Shown one piece after another: positions 29,692 to 37,571 of a DNA stretch of 64,000 nucleotides. The stretch is from Eubacteriales bacterium (GTDB lineage: Bacteria; Bacillota; Clostridia; Oscillospirales; CAG-272), in NCBI GenBank assembly GCA_045586845.1, contig JAZNBB010000079.1, positions 1,180-65,179 of the forward strand. The letters run 5' to 3'. A program made the position numbers and the translations under genes. The first letter of the stretch is position 1. Each line of letters opens with the position of its first letter. A model generated the notes under the pieces. It was not told the origin of the DNA. It saw only the letters and a list, made by a program, of their open reading frames with translations, and made no database searches.

Positions 29692-31853
29692 GACTGATCT
29701 CCTTTTTTGATTTTATTTTTTATGAATACAACAAAAGTCCAAGGTAAAAGCGCACAAAGAGGTATGGTGAGAATGCTCTTACAGCCTGAAGCATTCTCAT
29801 TTTGTTCAAATTGTTGGGGAGGGATATATTCCAGTCCCGGACCCTGCGTAGGGATCTCAATGGTGGAAATTTCTGTTTCTGACGGAAGGGACTCGGGTTC
29901 AACGGTAACTGGGCCTTTGTCGGAATCAATACCGTTTTCCGCGGCGTACGCTTCCCATGCGCCAACATCCTGGAAAAACAGCATATCGGCAAGGCACACG
30001 CGCTGTCCTGCATTGATCTGACTGGAAAAATCCAGGCGCATACCCAAAATCTCATCAGTCCAAGCCTCTCTGCCTGCCATTTCGTAGACAAGATATTCCC
30101 ATTCTCCGCCTTCATAGTTTGCGCCGACTGCACGCGTGCCTTGGGCAAAATCCAAACCGCCCGAATAGTAATACAGGACAAATCCCTTGCCCTGGATCTT
30201 TTTGTCTGACTGGATGCGAAGTACGATCACACCGTAGTCTTCGGCGCGCAGCATGGGCAGTCCGGTCGTGGCTGCGTATTGTTGCAGGCTGAAGCTGACA
30301 AAGGGATCATTAGTGGTCTCGGTGGCTTGCAGTATCAGATGTCCGTATTCGTCAAAGCTGTAAGAGGATTGATTTTCACCGCCAAAGCAATCTGCCAGCG
30401 ACTGGTCAAACCAGGTAATGGCATCTGCTTTGCCCGAGGGTGCGCGCCCTTCTTCTGCATATGGGTCTTGAGGTGCTATTCCTTGCTCGTGATATATTTC
30501 CAAAGGTTGTGCGGCTGCTTGCTTTGCGCTTTCTTCGTCGGGATAAAAGCCGATCGAAGCAATGTTGGCATAGTCTGAGGTATTGGCATGTCCGTCTATA
30601 AAATCAAAGCGCATACCATATACCGTACCTGTCCAATGCTCTTCTTTACATAAAGGGATCACGTAGGTATGCCACTTTCCATCGTTAGTTGGCTGAAAGG
30701 CAACGTGACTCTCTCCGTGTGGTCCGTGGATATCACCTGCGCACAAAAACAGGCGGAAATGCCCCTCTGAATTGGTGCGAGGTGTTTGCAGCGTCATAAC
30801 TGCATATCGGTAATGATCGGCAGTGATCTGTGCATCCTGGGTATCTTTGAGATATTTGTTCAGGTTGAAATAGATATATGGGTCATTTGTGTCTGCGGTA
30901 GGGTACAGGCGCATATAGGTGCCTACGGTATCGTCGGACATAAGGGAGGCATCCACGGCGTTTGCACCACTCAGATATTCGTAAGGGGTGGCAGTCATGT
31001 GCACGGTCAGCTCGCCGCGGTAGTAGTCGGGCACGGTGGAATAAAAGCGAATGCGGGAGATCGCGGTCTGCTCTGCACAGCTCAACAAAAGCTTACCCAT
31101 GTATTGCGCATCATTCAGATCAACAATTGCGGTATAGGAACCGTCTTGGTTTTGTACGGGTGCGGATGAATTTGCCTGAAAGGGAAGGACGGAGGATCGC
31201 TCGCTATGCAGCGTCAGAACTGTGTTTTTATCGAGTATGAACTCTGCATATTGATAATCGCGCAAGTTATAAGCATCCAGAGAAAGCTCGGTATTTGCTT
31301 GCAGGGTCAGTATACCGTTCTGCGCACCGAATGCAGACAAATTGAGCTCTCGGTATGCCATGGTTTCCGTATCGGTATCTCCGATGGATACGTCCAGCAT
31401 GGCGAGCACCTCGAGTACGTTACCCTGATCGGTATATCCGCGCAAAAATATGTCGTAATTGCCGCGCTTCAGACCGGAGACGTCAATGTTCAGGTGAAAT
31501 CCTGCGGTTTTGTAGGTGTTTGGGCAAATGCTTTTCAAATCGTCTCGCTGTACAATTGCCTTGGTGCTTCGCTGCCAGGTCCTGCCACCGTCTAAAGTGT
31601 ATGCATATGCCTCCATTTTTTGCTCGGTCTTGATCCAACCTGCCAGAGTCAGCACGGGATCTGTACCGTGTTTGATGTTTTTCAGTATGGCGGGCATACC
31701 TGTGGCGGAGGTGCTGCTTGGGTGATCGACCGTGACTGAGTAATCTTGTACCGCTGAAGCAGAGATCCACGGGCAAAGTGCACCGGCAAGCAGCGAAAGA
31801 CATAATGCTGTGCATAATATCCGATAGAATTTTATGTAAAAGGATTCTTTCAT
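29688..31853 (-). CDS. Secreted protein: one GW module, two DPY-KYR modules, Gly-Cys C-terminal tail (function unknown)
   Basis: An RBS AAGGAG precedes the start and a signal peptide ends ISASA. The modules run TNDPYIYFN..YRYAVMTLQT..GKWHTYVI..GMRFDFI..IASIGFY and TNDPFVSFS..YGVIVLRIQS..GEWEYLVY..GMRLDF. The protein ends SGCKSILTIPLCALLPWTFVVFIKNKIKKGDQS. An ATGA overlap links it to the next gene. Confidence 0.8.
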   Translation of the reverse strand: MKESFYIKFYRILCTALCLSLLAGALCPWISASAVQDYSVTVDHPSSTSATGMPAILKNIKHGTDPVLTLAGWIKTEQKMEAYAYTLDGGRTWQRSTKAIVQRDDLKSICPNTYKTAGFHLNIDVSGLKRGNYDIFLRGYTDQGNVLEVLAMLDVSIGDTDTETMAYRELNLSAFGAQNGILTLQANTELSLDAYNLRDYQYAEFILDKNTVLTLHSERSSVLPFQANSSAPVQNQDGSYTAIVDLNDAQYMGKLLLSCAEQTAISRIRFYSTVPDYYRGELTVHMTATPYEYLSGANAVDASLMSDDTVGTYMRLYPTADTNDPYIYFNLNKYLKDTQDAQITADHYRYAVMTLQTPRTNSEGHFRLFLCAGDIHGPHGESHVAFQPTNDGKWHTYVIPLCKEEHWTGTVYGMRFDFIDGHANTSDYANIASIGFYPDEESAKQAAAQPLEIYHEQGIAPQDPYAEEGRAPSGKADAITWFDQSLADCFGGENQSSYSFDEYGHLILQATETTNDPFVSFSLQQYAATTGLPMLRAEDYGVIVLRIQSDKKIQGKGFVLYYYSGGLDFAQGTRAVGANYEGGEWEYLVYEMAGREAWTDEILGMRLDFSSQINAGQRVCLADMLFFQDVGAWEAYAAENGIDSDKGPVTVEPESLPSETEISTIEIPTQGPGLEYIPPQQFEQNENASGCKSILTIPLCALLPWTFVVFIKNKIKKGDQS

Positions 31854-32002
31854 TAAGTCGCTCCTTTTGCTTACAATATCTCATTTTATATTATACAATA
31901 AAAAATACTGTCTGCAAAGGGGGATGGCGTCATTTTGGGGATTTGACCAAAATTTCGGTGCATTGCACAAAAAGACTCTTTTTGGAGTGAAACAAAAGAA
32001 AA

Positions 32003-32053
32003 CCCTTGCTTCATGGCGTTGTGTCCTTAGGAAGGCAACGCCATGAACAAGGG
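32003..32053. terminator. Long hairpin terminator downstream of the 277-aa surface protein gene
   Basis: CCCTTGCTTCATGGCGTTG ... CAACGCCATGAACAAGGG, flanked by A-runs and T-runs on both strands. Confidence 0.7.
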
Positions 32054-32095
32054 TTTTAAAATGTTCAATTCAAATTGTTTCAGTCAGACAAAGGA

Positions 32096-32926
32096 TCAGT
32101 CCTTCTTCTTAATGCAAACTGCGCCCAGAGCAACGATAGCAACAACTGCACCGATGCTGATGATGCTGCCGCAACCCTTTTCTTCCTCTACGGGCTTGGT
32201 AGCAGAGGGCTTCTTGGTGGACTCTTTCTCAGTTTCTTCCGCAGTGGTTTCCTCAGACTCCTCTACAGTGGTCTCCTCGGTCTCTTCCTGATCCAGACCT
32301 GCGTATGCAATTGCTTCGTCCTCGGTAGCAAACAGAGCTACCTCGTACAGATATATCATAGTGTCCTCTTCAGCACCTACGGGGTCAAATCTGAACTGAT
32401 TGTAGACACCTTCGCAGTCGCCGGTCAGATCATAGATGATGTACTCGATCTCGCCGGAGGCATCGCAAGGATAGTCAGTATTGGTGGAGACGCCGGGCGT
32501 TGCAGCAGTCACTTCGCCTGCACAGTAAAACAGCTCGAAATCGTCAACATAGCCATCTATCTTAAGCTTGATGACAACATAGGGATATTCCTGAGAATCA
32601 ACCTTTTCAAGTCCTGCCTTACTGATGTAAGTGGACCAGTTGATGGTAACGAAGGGGTCACCGATATCGGTGAGTCTCAGTCTTGCGCCTTCCCATTCGG
32701 GCTTGTAATACGTCTTGTTAATACCGGTAGGATTGCTGAGGATCTTCCATAACTTAGCATCCTCGTTAAAGGTCAAAAGAGTGTTGGAATAAGCGGTAGC
32801 TTCGCCTTCAGCTGCAGTGGTTTCTTCGCCTTCAGCTGCGGTGGTCTCTTCTGTAGCAACAGCAACCAGAGCAAAGCAGGAAGCAGCCAGCAGCATGGAG
32901 AGAACCAGAGCCAGTAATTTTTTCAT
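32096..32926 (-). CDS. Small secreted protein: signal peptide, single DPY-KYR module, acidic linker, Gly-Cys C-terminal tail
   Basis: The ATG at 32926 gives MKKLLALVLSMLLAASCFALVAVA, with RBS AAAGGAG. The module runs GDPFVTINW..YPYVVIKLKI..NQFRFDPV..IYLYEVALF. The protein ends KGCGSIISIGAVVAIVALGAVCIKKKD. Confidence 0.85.
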   Translation of the reverse strand: MKKLLALVLSMLLAASCFALVAVATEETTAAEGEETTAAEGEATAYSNTLLTFNEDAKLWKILSNPTGINKTYYKPEWEGARLRLTDIGDPFVTINWSTYISKAGLEKVDSQEYPYVVIKLKIDGYVDDFELFYCAGEVTAATPGVSTNTDYPCDASGEIEYIIYDLTGDCEGVYNQFRFDPVGAEEDTMIYLYEVALFATEDEAIAYAGLDQEETEETTVEESEETTAEETEKESTKKPSATKPVEEEKGCGSIISIGAVVAIVALGAVCIKKKD

Positions 32927-32967
32927 GGTAAAAATCTCCTTTACACTATATATTGTTTGCACTTATC

Positions 32968-32996
32968 ATTTTATACCATTTTCAGAAAAATGTCAA
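32968..32996 (-). promoter_or_regulatory. Promoter of the 277-aa surface protein gene
   Basis: On the minus strand: TTGACA, a 17-nt spacer, then TAAAAT. Confidence 0.6.
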
Positions 32997-33037
32997 CAGA
33001 AACCAAGTAATTTTTTGTTTTTTTATATAATACTGTG

Positions 33038-33068
33038 AAAAAAGGGCTGACACTTGAAGCGTCAGCCC
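33038..33068 (-). terminator. Rho-independent terminator of the 304-aa surface protein gene
   Basis: GGGCTGACAC-TTGAA-GCGTCAGCCC with a T-run on the minus strand. It is homologous to the terminator at 34112..34142. Confidence 0.75.
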
Positions 33069-33095
33069 TGAAATACTGCGTATTTTCGGTATCAA

Positions 33096-34010
33096 TCAGT
33101 CTTTCTTTTTGAAGCAAATTGCACCGAGAAGTACCATGGAAAGCATTGCGACCACACTTACGCTTGCGGATGCATTGCAACCAAGCAGCGTGGGGAGAAG
33201 ACCTTGAAATCCTTTAAGAGGAATATCCATGAAATCTGAGAGCAGGTCTTCGGGGTCTTTCATTTCGGGTATGACATCCGGCTGTACATTTACCTCGGGG
33301 GTCGGAACGGGATGCTCTGTCATTTGACCGGAGGTAATGACCTCCGCGGTCTCCCATACAATGTCTTCGGTCTCGGTTTCGGGCGCGACGGTTTCATGAA
33401 CGGTTGTCTCGGTCTCTTTCCGATCAAAACCTGCGTATGCAATTGCTTCTTCCTCTGTAGCAAACAGTGCCAACTCGTACAGGTATATGACGGTGTCCTC
33501 ATCAGCACCCATGGGGTCTATTCTGAACATATTATAGTTGCCTTCGCAATCGTCTGTCAGGTCGTAGATGATGTATTCGATCTCACCCGAACACTCACAA
33601 GGATAGTCGGTTGTAGTACCGTAACCACCTGTAGGAACTGTAATTTCACCTGCGCAGTAGAACATCTCCATATCCTCTATGTAGCCTTCTACCTTGAGCT
33701 TGAATACGACAAAGGGATATTCCTGAGAATCAACCTTTTCAAGTCCTGACTTGTTGATGTAAGCAGACCAGTTGATAGTAACGAAGGGGTCACCGATGTC
33801 GGTGATCTTCAGTCTTGCGCCTTCCCACTCGGAGGAGTAGTAGGTTTTGTTAATACCGTTGGGAGAGGTAATGACCTTCATACTTTTTGCATCATCGTTA
33901 AAGACAAGCAGTGTGTTGGAAAAAGTATTCTCTTCCGTAGCAACAGCAGCCAAGGTAAAGCAGCCGGTAAGCAGCAGCAATGAAAGAACAAACGTTAGAA
34001 ATTTTTTCAT
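33096..34010 (-). CDS. Small secreted protein: signal peptide, single DPY-KYR module, acidic linker, Gly-Cys C-terminal tail (paralogue of 32096..32926)
   Basis: N-terminus MKKFLTFVLSLLLLTGCFTLAAVA. The module runs GDPFVTINW..YPFVVFKLKV..NMFRIDPM..IYLYELALF. The protein ends LGCNASASVSVVAMLSMVLLGAICFKKKD. Confidence 0.85.
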   Translation of the reverse strand: MKKFLTFVLSLLLLTGCFTLAAVATEENTFSNTLLVFNDDAKSMKVITSPNGINKTYYSSEWEGARLKITDIGDPFVTINWSAYINKSGLEKVDSQEYPFVVFKLKVEGYIEDMEMFYCAGEITVPTGGYGTTTDYPCECSGEIEYIIYDLTDDCEGNYNMFRIDPMGADEDTVIYLYELALFATEEEAIAYAGFDRKETETTVHETVAPETETEDIVWETAEVITSGQMTEHPVPTPEVNVQPDVIPEMKDPEDLLSDFMDIPLKGFQGLLPTLLGCNASASVSVVAMLSMVLLGAICFKKKD

Positions 34011-34061
34011 AGTAAAAAGCTCCCTTGCGAAATTTTTTTTGCAGCCCGGATCATTGGTATT

Positions 34062-34090
34062 ATTTTAAGCTACTTTGGGAGATTTGTCAA
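34062..34090 (-). promoter_or_regulatory. Promoter of the 304-aa surface protein gene
   Basis: On the minus strand: TTGACA, a 17-nt spacer, then TAAAAT. Confidence 0.6.
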
Positions 34091-34111
34091 CAGCAAACAA
34101 GCTTTTTTATC

Positions 34112-34142
34112 AAAAAAGGGCTGACGCTTTATGCGTCAGCCC
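34112..34142 (-). terminator. Rho-independent terminator of the 1079-aa surface protein gene
   Basis: GGGCTGACGC-TTTAT-GCGTCAGCCC with TTTTTT on the minus strand. Confidence 0.8.
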
Positions 34143-34171
34143 TGACAAGGGAATATTTTATCGGTATTTGA

Positions 34172-37100
34172 TCAGTCCTTTTTCTTGAAGCAAAGCGCAC
34201 CAAGAGCAATGACCGAGGTCAGAGCAACGATTGCGCCTGTAGCCAGAGCGGACTTGCAGCCCTTCTTTTCCTCTGTAGGCTCTGTCTCGTCGCCGTTATT
34301 TGTATCGGGAGTATCAGTGCCGTCGGGAGCGTCGGTGCCATCAGTACCGTCGGGAGCATCGGTGCCGTCGGGAGCATCGGTGCCATCGGTGCCGTCGGGA
34401 GCACCGGTGTCGGTATCGGAGCCGGTATCAACAGGAATCTCGGTGTAAACAGCATTTACAACAACGTCCTTGCCCATTTCAAACTCTTCCCAAACGCCGG
34501 TGAAGCCTTCCTTAGCGGGAACAGAGGGAGCAGCGATGGACTCGGTGCCTTCTCTGTAGCGAACCTCCTTCACTACAACGTCATCAGCCTTAAAGGTGAC
34601 GGTGTAGAACTTGGGAGCAGTCCAGACCTGTGCGTCGAATGCTTCAACGTCGCCGGTGGTATTGAAGAAGCCGATGTAAGCTACGTCAATGGAACCGGGG
34701 TAACGCAGGAAGTCGAAACGGAAGTAGTCAAGAGAAACGGTATTGTCCTCGTTGACCTGCAGTTTACCGGGATAACCTGCAGCGGTTGCAACGTCGATCA
34801 GGTTGACGTATGCCAGGTGCCATTCACCGTCGTTCTGAATGGGATTGACAAACTGCAACCAGTCGTCACCGGACAATTCACCCTTACCGATGAAGCACTC
34901 GTTGTGTATCTCGTGTGCCAGATCGGAGACGGTTCTGTATCTGATAGCCAGGATCGGACCAACGGTCAGGTTTGCACCGTGCAACAGGAAGAAGCTGGGG
35001 TCGCCGCCGTTGCAGGACAGGGTCATGTAGCCCTCGTCGTAGTTGTAAACGCCTGCAGCATCGGTTACGCCCATGGTGGTGAACAAGCCCTCACCGTCAA
35101 AGATGAAGCCTTCAACAGTGGAAGGATCAACAGGAGTTGCGGGAGCTGCTTCATCGGCAGCGGCAGCAGCCTCTGCAGCAGCAGCGTTGGAGTAGAATGC
35201 GATGTAGGAAATGTCAATGGAGCCGGAAGAACCGACGATGGGGTCAAAACGGAAGTTGGTCAGAGTCTGACCGTACAGGTCGCCCCAAATAGCGGAAGCA
35301 TCCACGATGGTGGTGTGCCATTCGCCGTCGTTGACATAAGTGATGTCTGTGTGAGTCTTTTCAAAGGGGTTAGCCCAGCCATAGCCGCCGGAGGTGCCGG
35401 TAAAGAATTCACCCGATGCAGCTGCGGTGGTTCTGTACTTGATTACGATATAGCGCAGCTGGTTTGCAAAACCGGTAGGCTGTACGTTGAACATGAAGTA
35501 GGGGTCATCGCCCGTAATATTGAAGGTTACGTAGCCTTCAGTGGTCTTGGTGTTAGCAATTTCAACATGATTGGGAGCGCCTGCGGGGCTGGTAAAGCCA
35601 TATGCAGCAGCGGCGTCCTCGAGCCACAGAGAGTAGTCATATACGAACGTGGGGCTCATGGAGTGCATATTGCCGATGTCAACCAGAGAATCGGTAGCTG
35701 CGTCGTAAATGGTCTCGTTCTTGCAGATTCTGTTGAGCATACCTGCAACGTTCGCGTTTGCGGAAGCCTCACGCAGAGAGGGGGACTTGTAAACGCCAAC
35801 GTATGCGATATCGATAGAGCCTGCAAAGCCGATTGCGAGATCAGCGATAGCGTCCAGCTCTGCGGTATCCAGATCAATGTATGCAAAGTTCCACAGGCCG
35901 TCGGTGGTCAGAGCTACGGGCTCGCAGCCATTGACGGTCAGGGTAGCATCAGCGGTATTGGTTCTGTAAATAACAGCAACATACTTGAATGCGGGGTTGA
36001 GGTCAGCGCCAACGTTGGTGATGGCTGCGCCCTCTGCGGTTGCGACTGCCTTAATGTATCCGGCAGTTGTCTTAATGATCGAAGCGTCCTGCGTGGGCAG
36101 GAAGTCGATCTCCTCTGCACCGGTGGTCAGATCCCAGATAAGCTGAGCGGGATTTGCTGCTACGTAGTAGCCCATAAAGCCGCCCTCTACCTTTTCGCCG
36201 TTTACAAAGAACTCGACGTCAGGGTTGACTGCGGTGTCAGCAGCCTTACCGGTCAGCTGGCCGTCAATGGGAGTGAACTGCAGGTAGAGCTCGCCGGACA
36301 GTGTGCCTGCGGGAACCTCGATGGTGGCATCAGCATTGTCTGCAATGCCTGTGACCTCGGTAGTCCAAACGGGTCTTACAGAGGTGGTGGTAGCGATGTC
36401 GGTGTTCCAAGCGAAAGCTTCAACCTTCATCTTGTCGGTGGAGTTTGCGTAGTTAGCAAGACTTTGAACAGTGAAGGAGTACAGTCCGTTGTATGCATTG
36501 ATATGTACGCCGAAGGAGCTTGTGCCGGTGCCGCCGTTAAACAGGGCAGCAGTGGTGCCTTCGCCGACTGCCACGGTGGAGATGTCCATGTGGATGGTGC
36601 CGGTCAGGGTCACGCTCTGATAATTATCGTTTCTTGCCTGTACAGCAACGGTGTGAATACCGCCTGCCAGGGTGTTGGTGGGAATGGTCAGGTTTTCAAA
36701 AGCACCGCTCTCGCCTGCTTCGTAAGCAGCCTCGGTCCAGGTGCCGCCATTGATGGAGTAGTACCAGGAGGTCCATGCGCCGTCCGGAATATTCAGCGTA
36801 CCGCCAAGAACTACATTCTCACCGATATTGACGGAGGGAATACCGTTTGCAAAGGGATTGGTGGTCAGATTGAGCTCGTACTGCCCTGCTTCAAGCTCCT
36901 GAGATTTGAAAAACTCAATGGACTTGATGTCAATGGTGCAGCCGGAAGCGTTGCCGCCGGTAAAGGGATCAAGACGGAACAGTTGCAGCGCGGGAGAGTG
37001 CTGCGGGTTTTGCGTCAGATCCAGGATCAAGGTGTTCCAGTTGCCGTCATTTACGTAATCGTATTGCAGGCAAGCGAAATCACCGGAGTTGAGGAAGTAT

Positions 37101-37411
37101 TCGCCCATAGTGCACGCGGAGGTGGTTCTGTAGGTGATCTTCATAAACTGACTTTGACCGATATCTGCAGCCTTTGCGTTATAGTAAACGTAAGGGTCAG
37201 TACCGGAGGTGGTAAAGGTGGCGTATTCGGTGCCGTCTTCGTCCGACCCCTTGGCGATCGTCAACTGGTTTGAGCCGGTTCCGGTCGTAGCCAGGTCATC
37301 GGGGGTCAGTGCAGCAAGCACCGTGCCTTCGGCTGATGCAGTCAGCGCAAGTCCGGTCATGCAGGAAGCCAACAGCAAAGCAGAAAGCAAAAAGGATAAT
37401 GCTTTTTTCAT
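34172..37411 (-). CDS. Large secreted protein: three or four DPY-KYR modules, a GW-like module, a Listeria-Bacteroides-type repeat, (DGT)n linker, Gly-Cys C-terminal tail
   Basis: The signal peptide MKKALSFLLSALLLASCMTGLALTASA follows RBS AAGGAG. The modules begin GTDPYVYYN..MKITYRTT, GDDPYFMFN..YIVIKYRTT..GEWHTTIV..FRFDPI..IDISYIAFY and GGDPSFFLL..ILAIRYRT..GEWHLAYV..FRFDFL..IDVAYIGFF. The repeat pattern is YTVTFKADD...PAKEGFTGVW. The protein ends KGCKSALATGAIVALTSVIALGALCFKKKD. Confidence 0.85.
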   Translation of the reverse strand: MKKALSFLLSALLLASCMTGLALTASAEGTVLAALTPDDLATTGTGSNQLTIAKGSDEDGTEYATFTTSGTDPYVYYNAKAADIGQSQFMKITYRTTSACTMGEYFLNSGDFACLQYDYVNDGNWNTLILDLTQNPQHSPALQLFRLDPFTGGNASGCTIDIKSIEFFKSQELEAGQYELNLTTNPFANGIPSVNIGENVVLGGTLNIPDGAWTSWYYSINGGTWTEAAYEAGESGAFENLTIPTNTLAGGIHTVAVQARNDNYQSVTLTGTIHMDISTVAVGEGTTAALFNGGTGTSSFGVHINAYNGLYSFTVQSLANYANSTDKMKVEAFAWNTDIATTTSVRPVWTTEVTGIADNADATIEVPAGTLSGELYLQFTPIDGQLTGKAADTAVNPDVEFFVNGEKVEGGFMGYYVAANPAQLIWDLTTGAEEIDFLPTQDASIIKTTAGYIKAVATAEGAAITNVGADLNPAFKYVAVIYRTNTADATLTVNGCEPVALTTDGLWNFAYIDLDTAELDAIADLAIGFAGSIDIAYVGVYKSPSLREASANANVAGMLNRICKNETIYDAATDSLVDIGNMHSMSPTFVYDYSLWLEDAAAAYGFTSPAGAPNHVEIANTKTTEGYVTFNITGDDPYFMFNVQPTGFANQLRYIVIKYRTTAAASGEFFTGTSGGYGWANPFEKTHTDITYVNDGEWHTTIVDASAIWGDLYGQTLTNFRFDPIVGSSGSIDISYIAFYSNAAAAEAAAAADEAAPATPVDPSTVEGFIFDGEGLFTTMGVTDAAGVYNYDEGYMTLSCNGGDPSFFLLHGANLTVGPILAIRYRTVSDLAHEIHNECFIGKGELSGDDWLQFVNPIQNDGEWHLAYVNLIDVATAAGYPGKLQVNEDNTVSLDYFRFDFLRYPGSIDVAYIGFFNTTGDVEAFDAQVWTAPKFYTVTFKADDVVVKEVRYREGTESIAAPSVPAKEGFTGVWEEFEMGKDVVVNAVYTEIPVDTGSDTDTGAPDGTDGTDAPDGTDAPDGTDGTDAPDGTDTPDTNNGDETEPTEEKKGCKSALATGAIVALTSVIALGALCFKKKD
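34301..34429 (-). repeat. In-frame short tandem repeats encoding a (A)PDGTD(GTD) linker
   Basis: GGTGCCGTCGGGAGCATC-type units are reiterated on the plus strand. The translation is DTGSDTDTGAPDGTDGTDAPDGTDAPDGTDGTDAPDGTDTPDT. Confidence 0.8.
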
Positions 37412-37448
37412 GGGGGATTCTCCTTTTCCTATTATTTTGGTCCTTTAC

Positions 37449-37477
37449 ATTATAAAACAAATCGTGCAAAAGGTCAA
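37449..37477 (-). promoter_or_regulatory. Near-consensus promoter of the 1079-aa surface protein gene
   Basis: On the minus strand: TTGACC, a 17-nt spacer, then TATAAT. The spacer contains one arm of a 13-bp perfect inverted repeat. Confidence 0.65.
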
Positions 37478-37571
37478 TTGAATTTTTATCAATAATCAAC
37501 AAATCAGCGATTATCACAAAAATGCAAATGAAATTTTGCACGATTTCACAACGACACAATGTCGCATTTTG

